Below, piece after piece: positions 20,619 through 30,289 of a stretch of 64,000 nucleotides of DNA (position 1 is the stretch's first letter; the number at the start of each line of letters is the position of its first letter). Under the pieces are notes generated by a model, which saw only the letters and a list, made by a program, of their open reading frames with translations, made no database searches and had not been told where the DNA came from. Both the position numbers and the translations under genes were made by a program. The stretch covers positions 349,070-413,069 of the forward strand of contig JADJYQ010000007.1 in assembly GCA_016719615.1 (NCBI GenBank), written 5' to 3'. Source of the DNA: Saprospiraceae bacterium (GTDB lineage: Bacteria; Bacteroidota; Bacteroidia; Chitinophagales; Saprospiraceae).

Positions 20619-21242
20619 ATGAAAAGTTCGATTGTTGGATTTAGCTTGTTGAGTATCCTATTCCTGATTTCGTGTAAAGGGATCAAACAGGTCGAAACCA
20701 AATATGAAAATGGCCGGACCTTCGAAAGTTATAGCATTCGTTTAGAAGGAAAGGACAGCATTCGCGAAGGTTCCTACAAGAGATTTGATGATGGTGGAAA
20801 TATATTGGAAGAATGCATTTATCTAAATGGGAAAATTCATGGTCTTCGGAAAATGTATTTGGATGGAAAACTGATTAGCGAAGAAACCCGCGATCAGGAT
20901 AAATACCAAGGCCCATTTAAAGCTTACCACAACAATGGCGCAGTTCAGCTCGAGGCTGAATATATAAATGATGAAATGACCGGATTGGTCAAGGTTTATT
21001 ATCCTCATGGCGGATTAAAAGAAACCGTTACATTTGATAAAAATGTTGAAATGGGACCATTCAAAGAATACCATGAAAATGGCAGATTAAAAGCTGAAGG
21101 GGTATATCACCAGTTTGAAGGTCCTGTTGAACATGGTGAATTGAAATTGTACGATACCAGCGGTATTCTGATTAAAATAATGCAATGCGACATGGGTAAA
21201 TGTTCAACAACATGGAAAAAAGATTCACTCATTATAAACTAA
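20619..21242 (+). CDS. MORN-variant repeat lipoprotein (YwqK-like family)
   Basis: 207 aa. It has the lipobox LFLISC and repeated G...EG....Y..NG motifs (ENGRTFESY, GKIHGLRKMYLDGKL, NGAVQLEAEYINDEMTGLVKVYYPHG, ENGRLKAEGVY). Confidence 0.7.
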   Translation: MKSSIVGFSLLSILFLISCKGIKQVETKYENGRTFESYSIRLEGKDSIREGSYKRFDDGGNILEECIYLNGKIHGLRKMYLDGKLISEETRDQDKYQGPFKAYHNNGAVQLEAEYINDEMTGLVKVYYPHGGLKETVTFDKNVEMGPFKEYHENGRLKAEGVYHQFEGPVEHGELKLYDTSGILIKIMQCDMGKCSTTWKKDSLIIN

Positions 21243-22276
21243 TTTTTATCTGTATTTTCTCTACCGGTTTGGTGTTTAGCCAAACAGGTGGTCAACACAT
21301 TTACCAATTTATGAATACCTCACCTGGCGCACGCATAAGTGCTTTAGGTGGAATGCCCATATCGTGGCGGGCCAATGATCCGGCAGCAGTTTATTTAAAT
21401 CCTTCACTCTTAAATACTGAGATGAGTGGTGCTCTTCATTTTTCAAGCTTGTCCTATTTCTCTGATATTTCATTTGGGCATTTTAGTTATACACATGGCC
21501 TGGACAGCGCAGATATTGCTTTACAGCTTGGCATCCACTATGCAAATTATGGGGATATTACGCGCACAGACCCATTCGGTAATTCAAATGGAAGTTTTAA
21601 AGCATCTGATTCGGATATTTATCTTGCGGCTTCAAAAACAATCAAAGAACGCATTCAGCTAGGAGCCAGTCTTCATTATATATCTTCAAGTCTCGATTTA
21701 TATTCATCACAGGGATTGAGTTTAAATGCCGGAGTTTCTTATTTCAATCCTGAAAAAAAATTCGGCTTGAGTCTTTTGTTTAAGCACCTAGGATTTCAAT
21801 TAAGTAAATACCATCAGACTTCAGAAAAACTACCATTTGAAGTCCAACTAGCATATTCTAAAAAATTAAAACATTTACCACTGATCTATCACATCGGAAT
21901 TCAACATCTTCAAAAATGGAATGTGCGTTATGACGATCCTGATTTGCAGGATGATGGTGTTCTTTTTGGCGATACCAATGAAGACAGCGATTTTTCAAAA
22001 TCGTTTTCAAATGCACTTAGGCACTTTGTATTTGGCGTTGAGTTAAATATTGGTAAAAAAGAAAATTTCTCGTTGCGTTTTGGATATAACAATCTTCGCA
22101 ATCGCGAACTATCTCTGGCTGACTACAGAAGTTTGTCCGGTCTTTCCGGTGGTTTCGGAATTAAAATCTACAAATTCAAATTCGATTACTCCTATGCATC
22201 CTACCACATAGCCGGTGGCAGTAGCCAAATCAGCATCAGCACGAATTTGAATCATTTTTTCGGAAAAGAAATATAG
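21212..22276 (+). CDS. porQ: Type IX secretion system outer-membrane protein, PorQ-like
   Basis: Track ORF starts at 21200. I prefer MEKRFTHYKLIFICIFSTGLVFSQ at 21212. The motifs YQFMNTSPGARISALGG, LQKWNV, ALRHFVFGVEL and GGFGIKIYKFKFDYSYASYH match my memory of PorQ-family beta-barrels. Confidence 0.65.
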   Translation: MEKRFTHYKLIFICIFSTGLVFSQTGGQHIYQFMNTSPGARISALGGMPISWRANDPAAVYLNPSLLNTEMSGALHFSSLSYFSDISFGHFSYTHGLDSADIALQLGIHYANYGDITRTDPFGNSNGSFKASDSDIYLAASKTIKERIQLGASLHYISSSLDLYSSQGLSLNAGVSYFNPEKKFGLSLLFKHLGFQLSKYHQTSEKLPFEVQLAYSKKLKHLPLIYHIGIQHLQKWNVRYDDPDLQDDGVLFGDTNEDSDFSKSFSNALRHFVFGVELNIGKKENFSLRFGYNNLRNRELSLADYRSLSGLSGGFGIKIYKFKFDYSYASYHIAGGSSQISISTNLNHFFGKEI

Positions 22277-22783
22277 ATTGAGGCTAAAGGGAAAAGACTG
22301 AAGGGAAAAGCTTAAAGTTTGAGTTTAACTAACAAATGTTAGTATTCATTAATTTAGGTCTTGTAAATTTATGATTGTCTGAAGCGGCAATTTCTGATTT
22401 CAAGATTTTATAAAATAAATTCTTTCTTCAAACAAAACATTCAATAAATATTCACATGATGTTTTCTTTTAGCTTACTTCATTAAAGCGTTTTATTTCAT
22501 AAGAATCTCTCATTGCGGGATAGTATCGGGTAACAAGGATTGCCTGCCTCTGTCTGAAACTATAATTTTTGAAACGATATAGGAATCGAATTTTTTTTCT
22601 TACAGTCGGGGGTGTACTAATGTCTATCATTTGCTTACCACATACTCAATATACTTTTACCTAGAATCATCATTTATGAAGGGACTGCAATTTATGGCCT
22701 TTTAAATTGGGAATTGCAAACTGTTAACTGCCAACTACCTTTAGCCTTATAGCCTTTTAGCTTTATGCTTTTAGCTCTTAGCT

Positions 22784-23764
22784 CTACTCCTCCTCATCTG
22801 CCGGCCTATTTGCATCGCGTTTGTCGTAGGCTTTTAAGATTTCTTTGACGAGTCGGTGTCGTACTACATCCTCACGATTAAGATAAACAGTTGAAATGCC
22901 ATAGATATTTTGCAATAATTTGGTCGCATGCCGCAGCCCTGAGACCTGTTTGTAAGGAAGATCAATTTGAGAGAGGTCGCCCGTTATAATGCATTTTGCA
23001 GATGGACCCAATCTGGTAAGAAACATTTTGAGCTGAAGTGGTGTACAGTTTTGAGCTTCATCTAAAATGATGAATGCATTGTCCAAAGTTCGACCCCGCA
23101 TGAAAGCAAGTGGTGCTATTTCTAATACCCGGGTTTCCATAAACTGTTGGAGGCGCTCCGCAGGGATCATGTCATCCAGTGCATCGTAAAGTGGCCTAAG
23201 ATAAGGATCAATTTTTTCTTTGAGATCTCCCGGAAGAAAACCTAAACTTTCACCTGCTTCGACCGCCGGACGCGTTAATATAATTTTTTTGACTTCCCTG
23301 TTTTTCAACGCCCTTACTGCTATAGCTACGGCGGTATAGGTTTTACCGGTCCCCGCTGGACCAATTGCGAAGACCACATCATTTTCGGCACTGGATTCCA
23401 CCATTATTTGTTGGTTCTTCGTTTTAGCGTAGATGACTCTTCCATCCCGACCGTGCACTAAGACCATTTTATTCTCATTGGGTCCAACGGGTTGCTGATA
23501 CGGGCTTTCTCCTTGTAAGAGATCTTCAACAGCCTGAAAACTTAAGTCTTTTTTATCCCTCAGCATTCTAACCATTGTTTCAACTTTCTCTTTGACAGCT
23601 TGGGTATCCTTCTTCTTGCCCGTAATTTTAATGAGAGAACCTCTTGAAGTAATGATGGTATCCGGATAAGATTTTCGGATCAGATTCAGTTTGCTGTTAT
23701 TTTCGCCGAAAAGAGCAACGGGATCCAGATTTTCCAGGGTGAGGATGATTTCACTTTGTGACAA
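22784..23764 (-). CDS. phoH: PhoH-family ATPase
   Basis: 326 aa. It has Walker A GPAGTGKTY, Walker B FIILDEAQN and the typical ITGDLSQIDLP segment. Confidence 0.93.
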   Translation of the reverse strand: MSQSEIILTLENLDPVALFGENNSKLNLIRKSYPDTIITSRGSLIKITGKKKDTQAVKEKVETMVRMLRDKKDLSFQAVEDLLQGESPYQQPVGPNENKMVLVHGRDGRVIYAKTKNQQIMVESSAENDVVFAIGPAGTGKTYTAVAIAVRALKNREVKKIILTRPAVEAGESLGFLPGDLKEKIDPYLRPLYDALDDMIPAERLQQFMETRVLEIAPLAFMRGRTLDNAFIILDEAQNCTPLQLKMFLTRLGPSAKCIITGDLSQIDLPYKQVSGLRHATKLLQNIYGISTVYLNREDVVRHRLVKEILKAYDKRDANRPADEEE

Positions 23765-23897
23765 TTAATGATATTTTAGGTGTTGATAAATAATAGATTA
23801 CAAATATGCGTTTTAAAATGGATTTATTCAAAATTTCTGAAACTAAAAATTCGATTCCTGTTATTTTTACAATTATTTAATCTCAGGTATACAAAAT

Positions 23898-24182
23898 ATG
23901 GTCACTCGAATAGTAAAAATGTGCTTCCGTGAATCTGAAATAAATAATTTTAAAAATTTATTCGAACAAGTAAAACTGCCCATACTATCCTGTGAAGGTT
24001 GCATTTCTGTAAAATTACTTCAATCAAAAGATGAACCCCAATTCATTTTCACCCTCAGCAAATGGAATGAGGAAAAGGATCTTGAAAATTATCGTCAATC
24101 TGAATTATTTCTCAACACATGGAAGATAACCAGGTTAATGTTTGAAGGGAAAGCGGAGGCCTGGACCTTGTATGATCTTTAA
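23898..24182 (+). CDS. Small ABM (antibiotic-biosynthesis-monooxygenase-like) domain protein
   Basis: 94 aa. The pattern (IVKMCFRE...F..LF......I....GC.SV.LLQS....FIFTLS.W..E.DLE.YR.SELF) fits the ferredoxin-like ABM fold. Assigned by eye only. Confidence 0.55.
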   Translation: MVTRIVKMCFRESEINNFKNLFEQVKLPILSCEGCISVKLLQSKDEPQFIFTLSKWNEEKDLENYRQSELFLNTWKITRLMFEGKAEAWTLYDL

Positions 24183-25144
24183 ACACACCAGGCAATAATA
24201 TTGGCAATCTTTCTGAGTATTAGGCAGCCATGTGGACTTTTCCGCTCGCTTAAATCAAAATAAATTTAGATTCTGTTCTAGTTTCATTTTATTGCTAAAA
24301 AATTTGCTGGCTTCAATTTAATTAAAGGTTTGTTAGTCTTAAATATATTAAGAGTTACTTGTCGCAATTATACTTTGATGGGATTTATTGTTAAAAAGAA
24401 TAACACTCGGGATGAAAACAAATAATTGGCGGAGTTCGCTCATTTTTATCTTCATCATCAGCCTTCTCGGCTAGGTATGATCAGCTTTCAAACTTATGTC
24501 AAGCACCGCCTATTTGCGGTTTCAGAGTCCAACGGGGAAATGTATTGATTAATCAAAAAATGATTGAACGCAGACAAGAAGTATTCCACCAAAAAGCATT
24601 GATGAAATGCGTTAGCTTTTTCGGAGATAGTGCTCAACGTGGTCCAAATTTTACAGCAAAGCGCTCCGGAACGTCAGTGTATTTTCGAATGATTTTTACA
24701 TTGCTAGAGCAAAAAATAAAACCGGAAAAGACCCCAATCAAAATGAAATCAAACAACTCAACGAACAAGTCAAAAATGAATTGAAACAAAATCAATTCAA
24801 TGAAAAAATTCAATTGGTAAAGCTCACTCCTGCACAGGATTTTACTATTTAAAATTTCGTTCAGGTAAAAAATTCGAAACTGGATTCTCTATACAAGTAT
24901 TCAATATTTTGATTTTGCAATAAAAAAAATTGATTCTTCATTAGAGACCTTGTTTTTTTAATACCTCTGCTTCATTAACAAGTTTAAATATCCAATGCTA
25001 ACTTTGAATAAGAAAATGAATATGGATTCAGATAACTTCAACCTTCAGGAATATTAAGGGAATTTCAGTAAACCAAAGGGGTTGTGGCAGAAAAACCAAT
25101 TTCTGACTATATTTGGGATTGAATCAGCCAAATAGTATTTCTCC

Positions 25145-25576
25145 ATGCGCACACTTTCAAAAGCCACGATCTATTGTTTAAGAGCCCTGATCTATGTGGC
25201 ATCTAAAAACGAAAAAGAAAAGTATATCAACATTGGGGAGATCTCAGAAGAACTCAATATTTCATTTCATTTTCTGACCAAAACCTTTCAGGTCCTTACC
25301 CAACATGACTTATTGGCCTCACACCGCGGACCACATGGCGGCATTTTGCTTAAAAAACCCATGGAGGAAATCTTTCTCATCGATATTGTTCATATACTTG
25401 AAGGGGAAGATTTTTTTGAAAAATGCCTTTTGGGTTTGCCCGGCTGCGGATCGCACGAACCTTGCCCCGTTCATAATTTCTGGAAAAATGTGAAAGGCTC
25501 GCTTCAGAAAGAATTTGAGGAAACCTCACTCGCAGACCTCGCTAGTAATATCAAATCGAAAAAAATGCGTATCTGA
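25145..25576 (+). CDS. Rrf2-family transcriptional regulator with Fe-S-type cysteine triad
   Basis: 143 aa. It has an N-terminal wHTH (YCLRALIYVA...INIGEISEELNISFHFLTKTFQVL) and the cysteines CLLGLPGCGSHEPCPVH. Confidence 0.88.
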   Translation: MRTLSKATIYCLRALIYVASKNEKEKYINIGEISEELNISFHFLTKTFQVLTQHDLLASHRGPHGGILLKKPMEEIFLIDIVHILEGEDFFEKCLLGLPGCGSHEPCPVHNFWKNVKGSLQKEFEETSLADLASNIKSKKMRI

Positions 25577-25804
25577 TGCCATTTTGATCTTACCAAATTT
25601 TATTTTTTCTGTAATTTACTGGTTATCTGATATTTATATTCGATTAAAATATTAAAAAAAAATATCATATATATTTAAGACTATTTGATCTTTTTTATAT
25701 ATTTGTGCATACTAATTTGATATAATTTACCATTCAGCGTGATTCTGATATGTATGACAAGGGTCACGGGATGAATTTATTGAGAAAGTTTAATTGCCCA
25801 AACT

Positions 25805-27913
25805 ATGAATCAATTTGTAATCAAACGCAATGGAGATTACCATCCATTTCTCTCTTTTAAAATAGAAGACGCCATCACGAAAGCATTTAAAGGTCAACAG
25901 TTGGAACCAGATCTGGATTTGATTGGAAGTGTTCTTCAAATTCTTGAATCAAAAAATATTTGGGCCGTTGAAGAAATTCAGGACATCATTGAAAAAGAAT
26001 TATTCAAGAAAGCCCACTACACTACCATGCGCGCATTTATACTTCACAGACATACGCGAAAATTACAACGCGAACATCAAAACGGACTCAATGACGATAC
26101 GACTTATATAGATTGTTCCCAAACTATTGAAGAATATGTATTCCAAAAAGACTGGCGAATTAATGCCAATGCCAATACTTCCTATTCAAGTGCGGGACTG
26201 ATCAATAATGTTGCTGGAAAGGTGATCGCCAATTATTGGCTGGATAAAGTGTATTCAAAAGAAGAAGCTTATGCACACCGCAACGGAGATTATCACATTC
26301 ATGATCTCGATTGCCTTACGGGTTATTGTGCCGGTTGGAGTTTGCGAATTTTATTAAATGATGGTTTCAACGGAGTACGCGGTCGCGTTGAAAGCAGGCC
26401 GCCATCGCATTTTCGGGAAGCGCTCGGGCAAATGGCCAACTTTTTGGGAATCTTACAAAGCGAATGGGCGGGTGCCCAGGCTTTTAGTTCTTTTGATACC
26501 TACCTCGCACCTTACGTTTTCAAAGATCAATTGCAATTTGATGAAGTACTAAAAGCCGTCAGAAGTTTTGTTTACAATCTCAACGTGCCTGCACGCTGGG
26601 GCCAATCGCCGTTTACCAATATTACCTTGGACTGGGTGGTACCGAATGATCTCAAAGAACAGATTCCTACCCGAAATGCCAGACATTTGTTTGAGGGGAA
26701 TTCATCCGAACAACTGTTAGTTTCCGCACAAAAAAAGGGCGTTTCGTCATTGACAGAATTGTGTTACAAACACTTTCAAGAAGAAATGAATCTGATCAAC
26801 AAGGCCTATTATACCGTCATGACCGAAGGAGATGCCAACGGACAGCCATTTACTTTTCCAATTCCAACAGTTAATATAACAGAAGAATTTGACTGGTATG
26901 GTGAAAACACAGACTTGTTGTTTGAAAATACAGCAAAAATAGGTTCTTCCTATTTCCAGAATTTCATTGGAAGTCAATACATTCTAGATGAACAGGGAAA
27001 TAAAATTGAAAATCCCTATGCCTACAAACCCAATGCCATACGAAGTATGTGCTGCCGTTTGCAATTGGATTTAAGAGAATTATTGAAAAGAGGAAACGGA
27101 TTATTCGGGAGTGCTGAGATGACCGGTAGTATTGGTGTTGTGACCTTAAACATGGCAAGATTGGGTTATTTGCACAAACATGATTTACAAGGCCTTTACA
27201 ATAAACTCAATCACCTTCTCGAATTGGCAAAGTCAAGTCTGGAGAAAAAACGTGAATTTATCCAGCTATTATACGATCGGGGTTTATTTCCATATACCAA
27301 AAGATATTTACCTCATTTCAGAAATCATTTTTCGACGATCGGCGTAAATGGCATGAATGAAATGATCAGAAATTTTACCGGAGATCAATGCGACATCATT
27401 CATACTGAAGGACATGAACTGGCATTGAATATACTGGAACATATCCGCAAAAAAATGTCGAACATCCAGGAAGAAACGGGCAATCTTTTTAACCTGGAAG
27501 CCACACCTGCAGAAGGGACCACTTATCGGTTTGCAAAAGAAGACAAAAAGAGATTTCCGGATATTCTTCAAGCTGGTTATGGCGATCACATTTATTACAC
27601 CAATAGCTCGCAGCTCCCGGTAAATTATACTGATGATCCTTTTGAAGCTTTGTTATTGCAGGATGAGCTGCAATGTAAATACACTGGGGGCACCGTGCTT
27701 CATTTGTACATGCGGGAAAAAATCAGTTCGCCGGAAGCTTGCCGTAAACTCGTTCAAAAAGTCATTTCAAATTTTCGCTTGCCCTATATCACAGTGACGC
27801 CCGTTTTCAGTGTTTGCAACAAACATGGCTACCTCAGCGGTGAACACGAATATTGTCCGCAATGCGATGAACTTTTATTAAAAACTTTATTAACCGATTC
27901 AAATAAAAACTAG
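25805..27913 (+). CDS. nrdD: Anaerobic (class III) ribonucleoside-triphosphate reductase, large part, ending before the glycyl-radical domain
   Basis: 702 aa. It has an N-terminal ATP-cone-like segment (VIKRNGDYHPFLSFKIEDAI), an NrdD core (HIHDLD, CCRLQLD, FNLEATPAEG) and the C-terminal CNKHGYLSGEHEYCPQC. It stops at TAG 27911-27913 without an RxxGY motif. Confidence 0.9.
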   Translation: MNQFVIKRNGDYHPFLSFKIEDAITKAFKGQQLEPDLDLIGSVLQILESKNIWAVEEIQDIIEKELFKKAHYTTMRAFILHRHTRKLQREHQNGLNDDTTYIDCSQTIEEYVFQKDWRINANANTSYSSAGLINNVAGKVIANYWLDKVYSKEEAYAHRNGDYHIHDLDCLTGYCAGWSLRILLNDGFNGVRGRVESRPPSHFREALGQMANFLGILQSEWAGAQAFSSFDTYLAPYVFKDQLQFDEVLKAVRSFVYNLNVPARWGQSPFTNITLDWVVPNDLKEQIPTRNARHLFEGNSSEQLLVSAQKKGVSSLTELCYKHFQEEMNLINKAYYTVMTEGDANGQPFTFPIPTVNITEEFDWYGENTDLLFENTAKIGSSYFQNFIGSQYILDEQGNKIENPYAYKPNAIRSMCCRLQLDLRELLKRGNGLFGSAEMTGSIGVVTLNMARLGYLHKHDLQGLYNKLNHLLELAKSSLEKKREFIQLLYDRGLFPYTKRYLPHFRNHFSTIGVNGMNEMIRNFTGDQCDIIHTEGHELALNILEHIRKKMSNIQEETGNLFNLEATPAEGTTYRFAKEDKKRFPDILQAGYGDHIYYTNSSQLPVNYTDDPFEALLLQDELQCKYTGGTVLHLYMREKISSPEACRKLVQKVISNFRLPYITVTPVFSVCNKHGYLSGEHEYCPQCDELLLKTLLTDSNKN

Positions 27914-27915
27914 TT

Positions 27916-28089
27916 ATGGAAACCAAACAACAAAACGTCCAACTCCTCAAACAACATCAGGAAAAAAGAAGTAAATGTCTTATCTTCACCAGAGTGATGG
28001 GTTATCATCGGCCGGTTGAAAGTTTCAACATAGGCAAAAAAGGTGAACACAAAGAAAGGATACATTTTATAGAGCAAAAAAATGGCTAA
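27916..28089 (+). CDS. nrdD: NrdD C-terminal glycyl-radical domain encoded in a separate (-1) frame
   Basis: 57-codon ORF below the track cutoff: METKQQNVQLLKQHQEKRSKCLIFTRVMGYHRPVESFNIGKKGEHKERIHFIEQKNG. RVMGY...FNIGKKGEHKER matches the E. coli NrdD radical site RRVCGYLG...FNAGKQEEVKRR. Its end overlaps the nrdG ATG. Confidence 0.75.
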   Translation: METKQQNVQLLKQHQEKRSKCLIFTRVMGYHRPVESFNIGKKGEHKERIHFIEQKNG

Positions 28090-28762
28090 TCCCATTTATC
28101 ATATTACACCCTTTTCGTTACTCGATTATCCCGACAAAATAGCCTGTATCGTTTGGTTTGCTGGTTGTAACATGCGCTGTTTATATTGTTACAATATAGA
28201 CATCGTCAAAGGCAAAGGGCGTATGAGCTATGATGAAGTTCTGGAGTTTCTCGACACCAGAAAAAATTTATTGGATGCCGTGGTGCTTAGTGGTGGCGAA
28301 TGCATGTTGCATATTCGGATCGAACAGTTCATCAAAAACATCAAACTCCGCAACATGTTGGTTAAAATTGACACCAACGGCTCCAACCCACGAGCTTTAT
28401 CCAGGCTCCTACGCGAAAATTTGGTCGATTATGTTGCACTTGATTTTAAAGCCCTCCAGGATAGGTTTCATAAAATCACCGGTTCCGATCATTTCCGCAA
28501 TTTTGAAAAGACACTGGACCTTTTGATACATAACACTGTTCCCTTCGAAGTAAGAACAACTGTTCATTCAAAACTCATTGATGAAAACTACTTAAAACAA
28601 ATGGTAGCTTATTTAAAGAACAAAGGCTACAGCGGTAAATATTATTTACAAAATTTCTTTAACGATACGCCAACGCTGGGAGAAATGGAAAATGATTACA
28701 CAGCCATCCCGGTAGATTCGCTGCAACAATTTGGAATTCCGGTTTGTCTCAGGACTACTTAA
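28082..28762 (+). CDS. nrdG: Anaerobic ribonucleotide reductase activating protein (radical SAM)
   Basis: 226 aa. It has the cluster CNMRCLYCYN and GVVLSGGEC, and lies immediately downstream of nrdD. Confidence 0.88.
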   Translation: MANPIYHITPFSLLDYPDKIACIVWFAGCNMRCLYCYNIDIVKGKGRMSYDEVLEFLDTRKNLLDAVVLSGGECMLHIRIEQFIKNIKLRNMLVKIDTNGSNPRALSRLLRENLVDYVALDFKALQDRFHKITGSDHFRNFEKTLDLLIHNTVPFEVRTTVHSKLIDENYLKQMVAYLKNKGYSGKYYLQNFFNDTPTLGEMENDYTAIPVDSLQQFGIPVCLRTT

Positions 28763-28816
28763 ACTTGAGCTTTGAGAATTTTGTTTTACACTAAATATTT
28801 TTGAAGTATAAAAATG

Positions 28817-30061
28817 TTATGCTCGTTTTAATATTTCCGAGCCCGGATAAATTTTCTGATAAAATGGCAAACTGATTCCTATCCGCAATAAATAAAATAA
28901 GATCACACAAATCATCGTACTAAACAAAATGACCGAAAAGCAAATTGCCTGGATCACTATTCCATCAGGATGCTGATTCTGCAAGGGTAATGTAGCAATC
29001 ACGGCTGCACCCAAACCTTTAGGGATCATCATGCTGATGATGGCGCGGTCTTCAACAGGTGTTTGCGAAGTAAACATGAGCTTTACGATGACCAACCGAA
29101 CCAAAAACAAACAGATCGTTATAATTGCTCCCCACATCAACCAATCCAGGCGATCAATTCTGATGTTGATGCCAATAAAGATAAAGAAGAATGTGCGCAA
29201 TAGAAATACAATTTGTGAAAAGAAATCTTTCTCTTCATCGGGAAGCACGATACTTTGGTTGGGTATTATTCTGCTCAAAAGTTTGGGTTCAAAATATTCG
29301 AGATTACCGATGGCAATTCCAAAAGTCAATGCAGTGAGCGGACCACTGAAACCAAGATATTCTGATAAGCCATACACGATGAATAAAAATGCCGGCGTGG
29401 AGAACTTAGTAGATTTCAGCGATTGAATTTTATTGATGATATAGGACCAACTAAACGCACCCATTACGCCCAACAATACAGCCATGACCAATGAAGTAAT
29501 AAATTGTGAGAACAGCATTTTTGTATCGATTTGTCCGGTCATCATCAATCCTAAAATACTAATGGGGACTGCCAGTGTAAAAACATCTGATTCTGCAGAC
29601 TCCACGATTAAAGTCGTAGCAGTTTTAGAAGTTATGGCTATTTGTTTGACGAGTCCTACTACAACCGCCGCAGAGGTACCACCTAAAGTGCTCCCGATAA
29701 ACAAACTACTCAGCAGCGAAATATCGAGTATCAAAAAACACATCAAAAAAACCACCAAAGTGGTACTCAAAAATCCTATTGTAGTAATGGCTGCAGAGTC
29801 TTTGAATGATTCCTTCAAGGAAGCAATTCTGAGTTCCGTACCACTTTCAAAGAGTATAAAAATCAAAACCAAATTGCTAAACAGCGAACCAAATTGCCCA
29901 AAAATTTCAGGACTAACGAGCTTGGAAACCGGACCAATCAAGAGCCCTATCAGCATGAGGCCCAAAACATCGGGCACCCCTTTCCGGCCAAACAATCCGC
30001 TCAGATAATGTCCGAAAAAGATAAACAAGCCGATAATGATGATGATGAGAGATGTTTCCAT
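28817..30061 (-). CDS. Cation:proton antiporter (Na+/H+ exchanger family)
   Basis: 414 aa with about 11-12 hydrophobic segments. The N-terminus METSLIIIIIGLFIFFGHYLSGLFGRKGVPDVLGLMLIGLLIGP is typical of CPA-type exchangers. Confidence 0.8.
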   Translation of the reverse strand: METSLIIIIIGLFIFFGHYLSGLFGRKGVPDVLGLMLIGLLIGPVSKLVSPEIFGQFGSLFSNLVLIFILFESGTELRIASLKESFKDSAAITTIGFLSTTLVVFLMCFLILDISLLSSLFIGSTLGGTSAAVVVGLVKQIAITSKTATTLIVESAESDVFTLAVPISILGLMMTGQIDTKMLFSQFITSLVMAVLLGVMGAFSWSYIINKIQSLKSTKFSTPAFLFIVYGLSEYLGFSGPLTALTFGIAIGNLEYFEPKLLSRIIPNQSIVLPDEEKDFFSQIVFLLRTFFFIFIGINIRIDRLDWLMWGAIITICLFLVRLVIVKLMFTSQTPVEDRAIISMMIPKGLGAAVIATLPLQNQHPDGIVIQAICFSVILFSTMICVILFYLLRIGISLPFYQKIYPGSEILKRA

Positions 30062-30289
30062 AGCTAAAATTCCTTTGCAATTTAAGGCAGATTTGCAAAG
30101 TTATTTTAAAAGAAATAGTTTAAGAAAATAAAGAGCCTGCCTCGGAAAGTCGTTTCACGACATGAAACAATTACATAAGTATATTTCTATTCATTCATTG
30201 CATTAAAATCACAAGTCAATCCGATTGAAATTTTCAAATAATTCTATTAAAATAAATAAGTTTTTGCACGTGTGCAAATTTATAGAAAA

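Noticed and set aside
22277-22783. Purine-rich short repeats after porQ (GGCTAAAGGGAAAAGACTGAAGGGAAAAGC) and 7-8-nt periodic TTTTAGC-like repeats just past the phoH stop. They are loosely inverted relative to each other and ~460 bp apart. I considered whether they are the ends of a small inserted element.
   Set aside because: Only ~10 nt (AGGCTAAAGG) truly match in inverted orientation. The rest is low-complexity sequence, and there is no ORF or target duplication.
24412-24784. A possible decayed secreted-protein gene. A 20-codon signal-peptide-like ORF (MKTNNWRSSLIFIFIISLLG, stop at 24472) is followed in another frame by the 79-aa track ORF 24545..24784.
   Set aside because: There is no recognisable similarity. 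The downstream ORF is Lys/Asn-rich and may be chance in AT-rich DNA. The 960-bp gap 24183-25144 remains unexplained.
25661-25710. AT-rich TATCATATATAT / TTATATATTTGTG strings upstream of nrdD, considered as NrdR boxes.
   Set aside because: Each matches only half of the remembered acaCwAtATaTwGtgt palindrome. In DNA this AT-rich such matches are expected by chance.
27905-27913. Programmed -1 ribosomal frameshift as the primary explanation for the nrdD split.
   Set aside because: The site is T-AAA-AAC rather than a full X-XXY-YYZ heptamer, and I see no obvious downstream stimulatory structure. A one-base homopolymer error is more parsimonious. It is kept only as an alternative in the finding.
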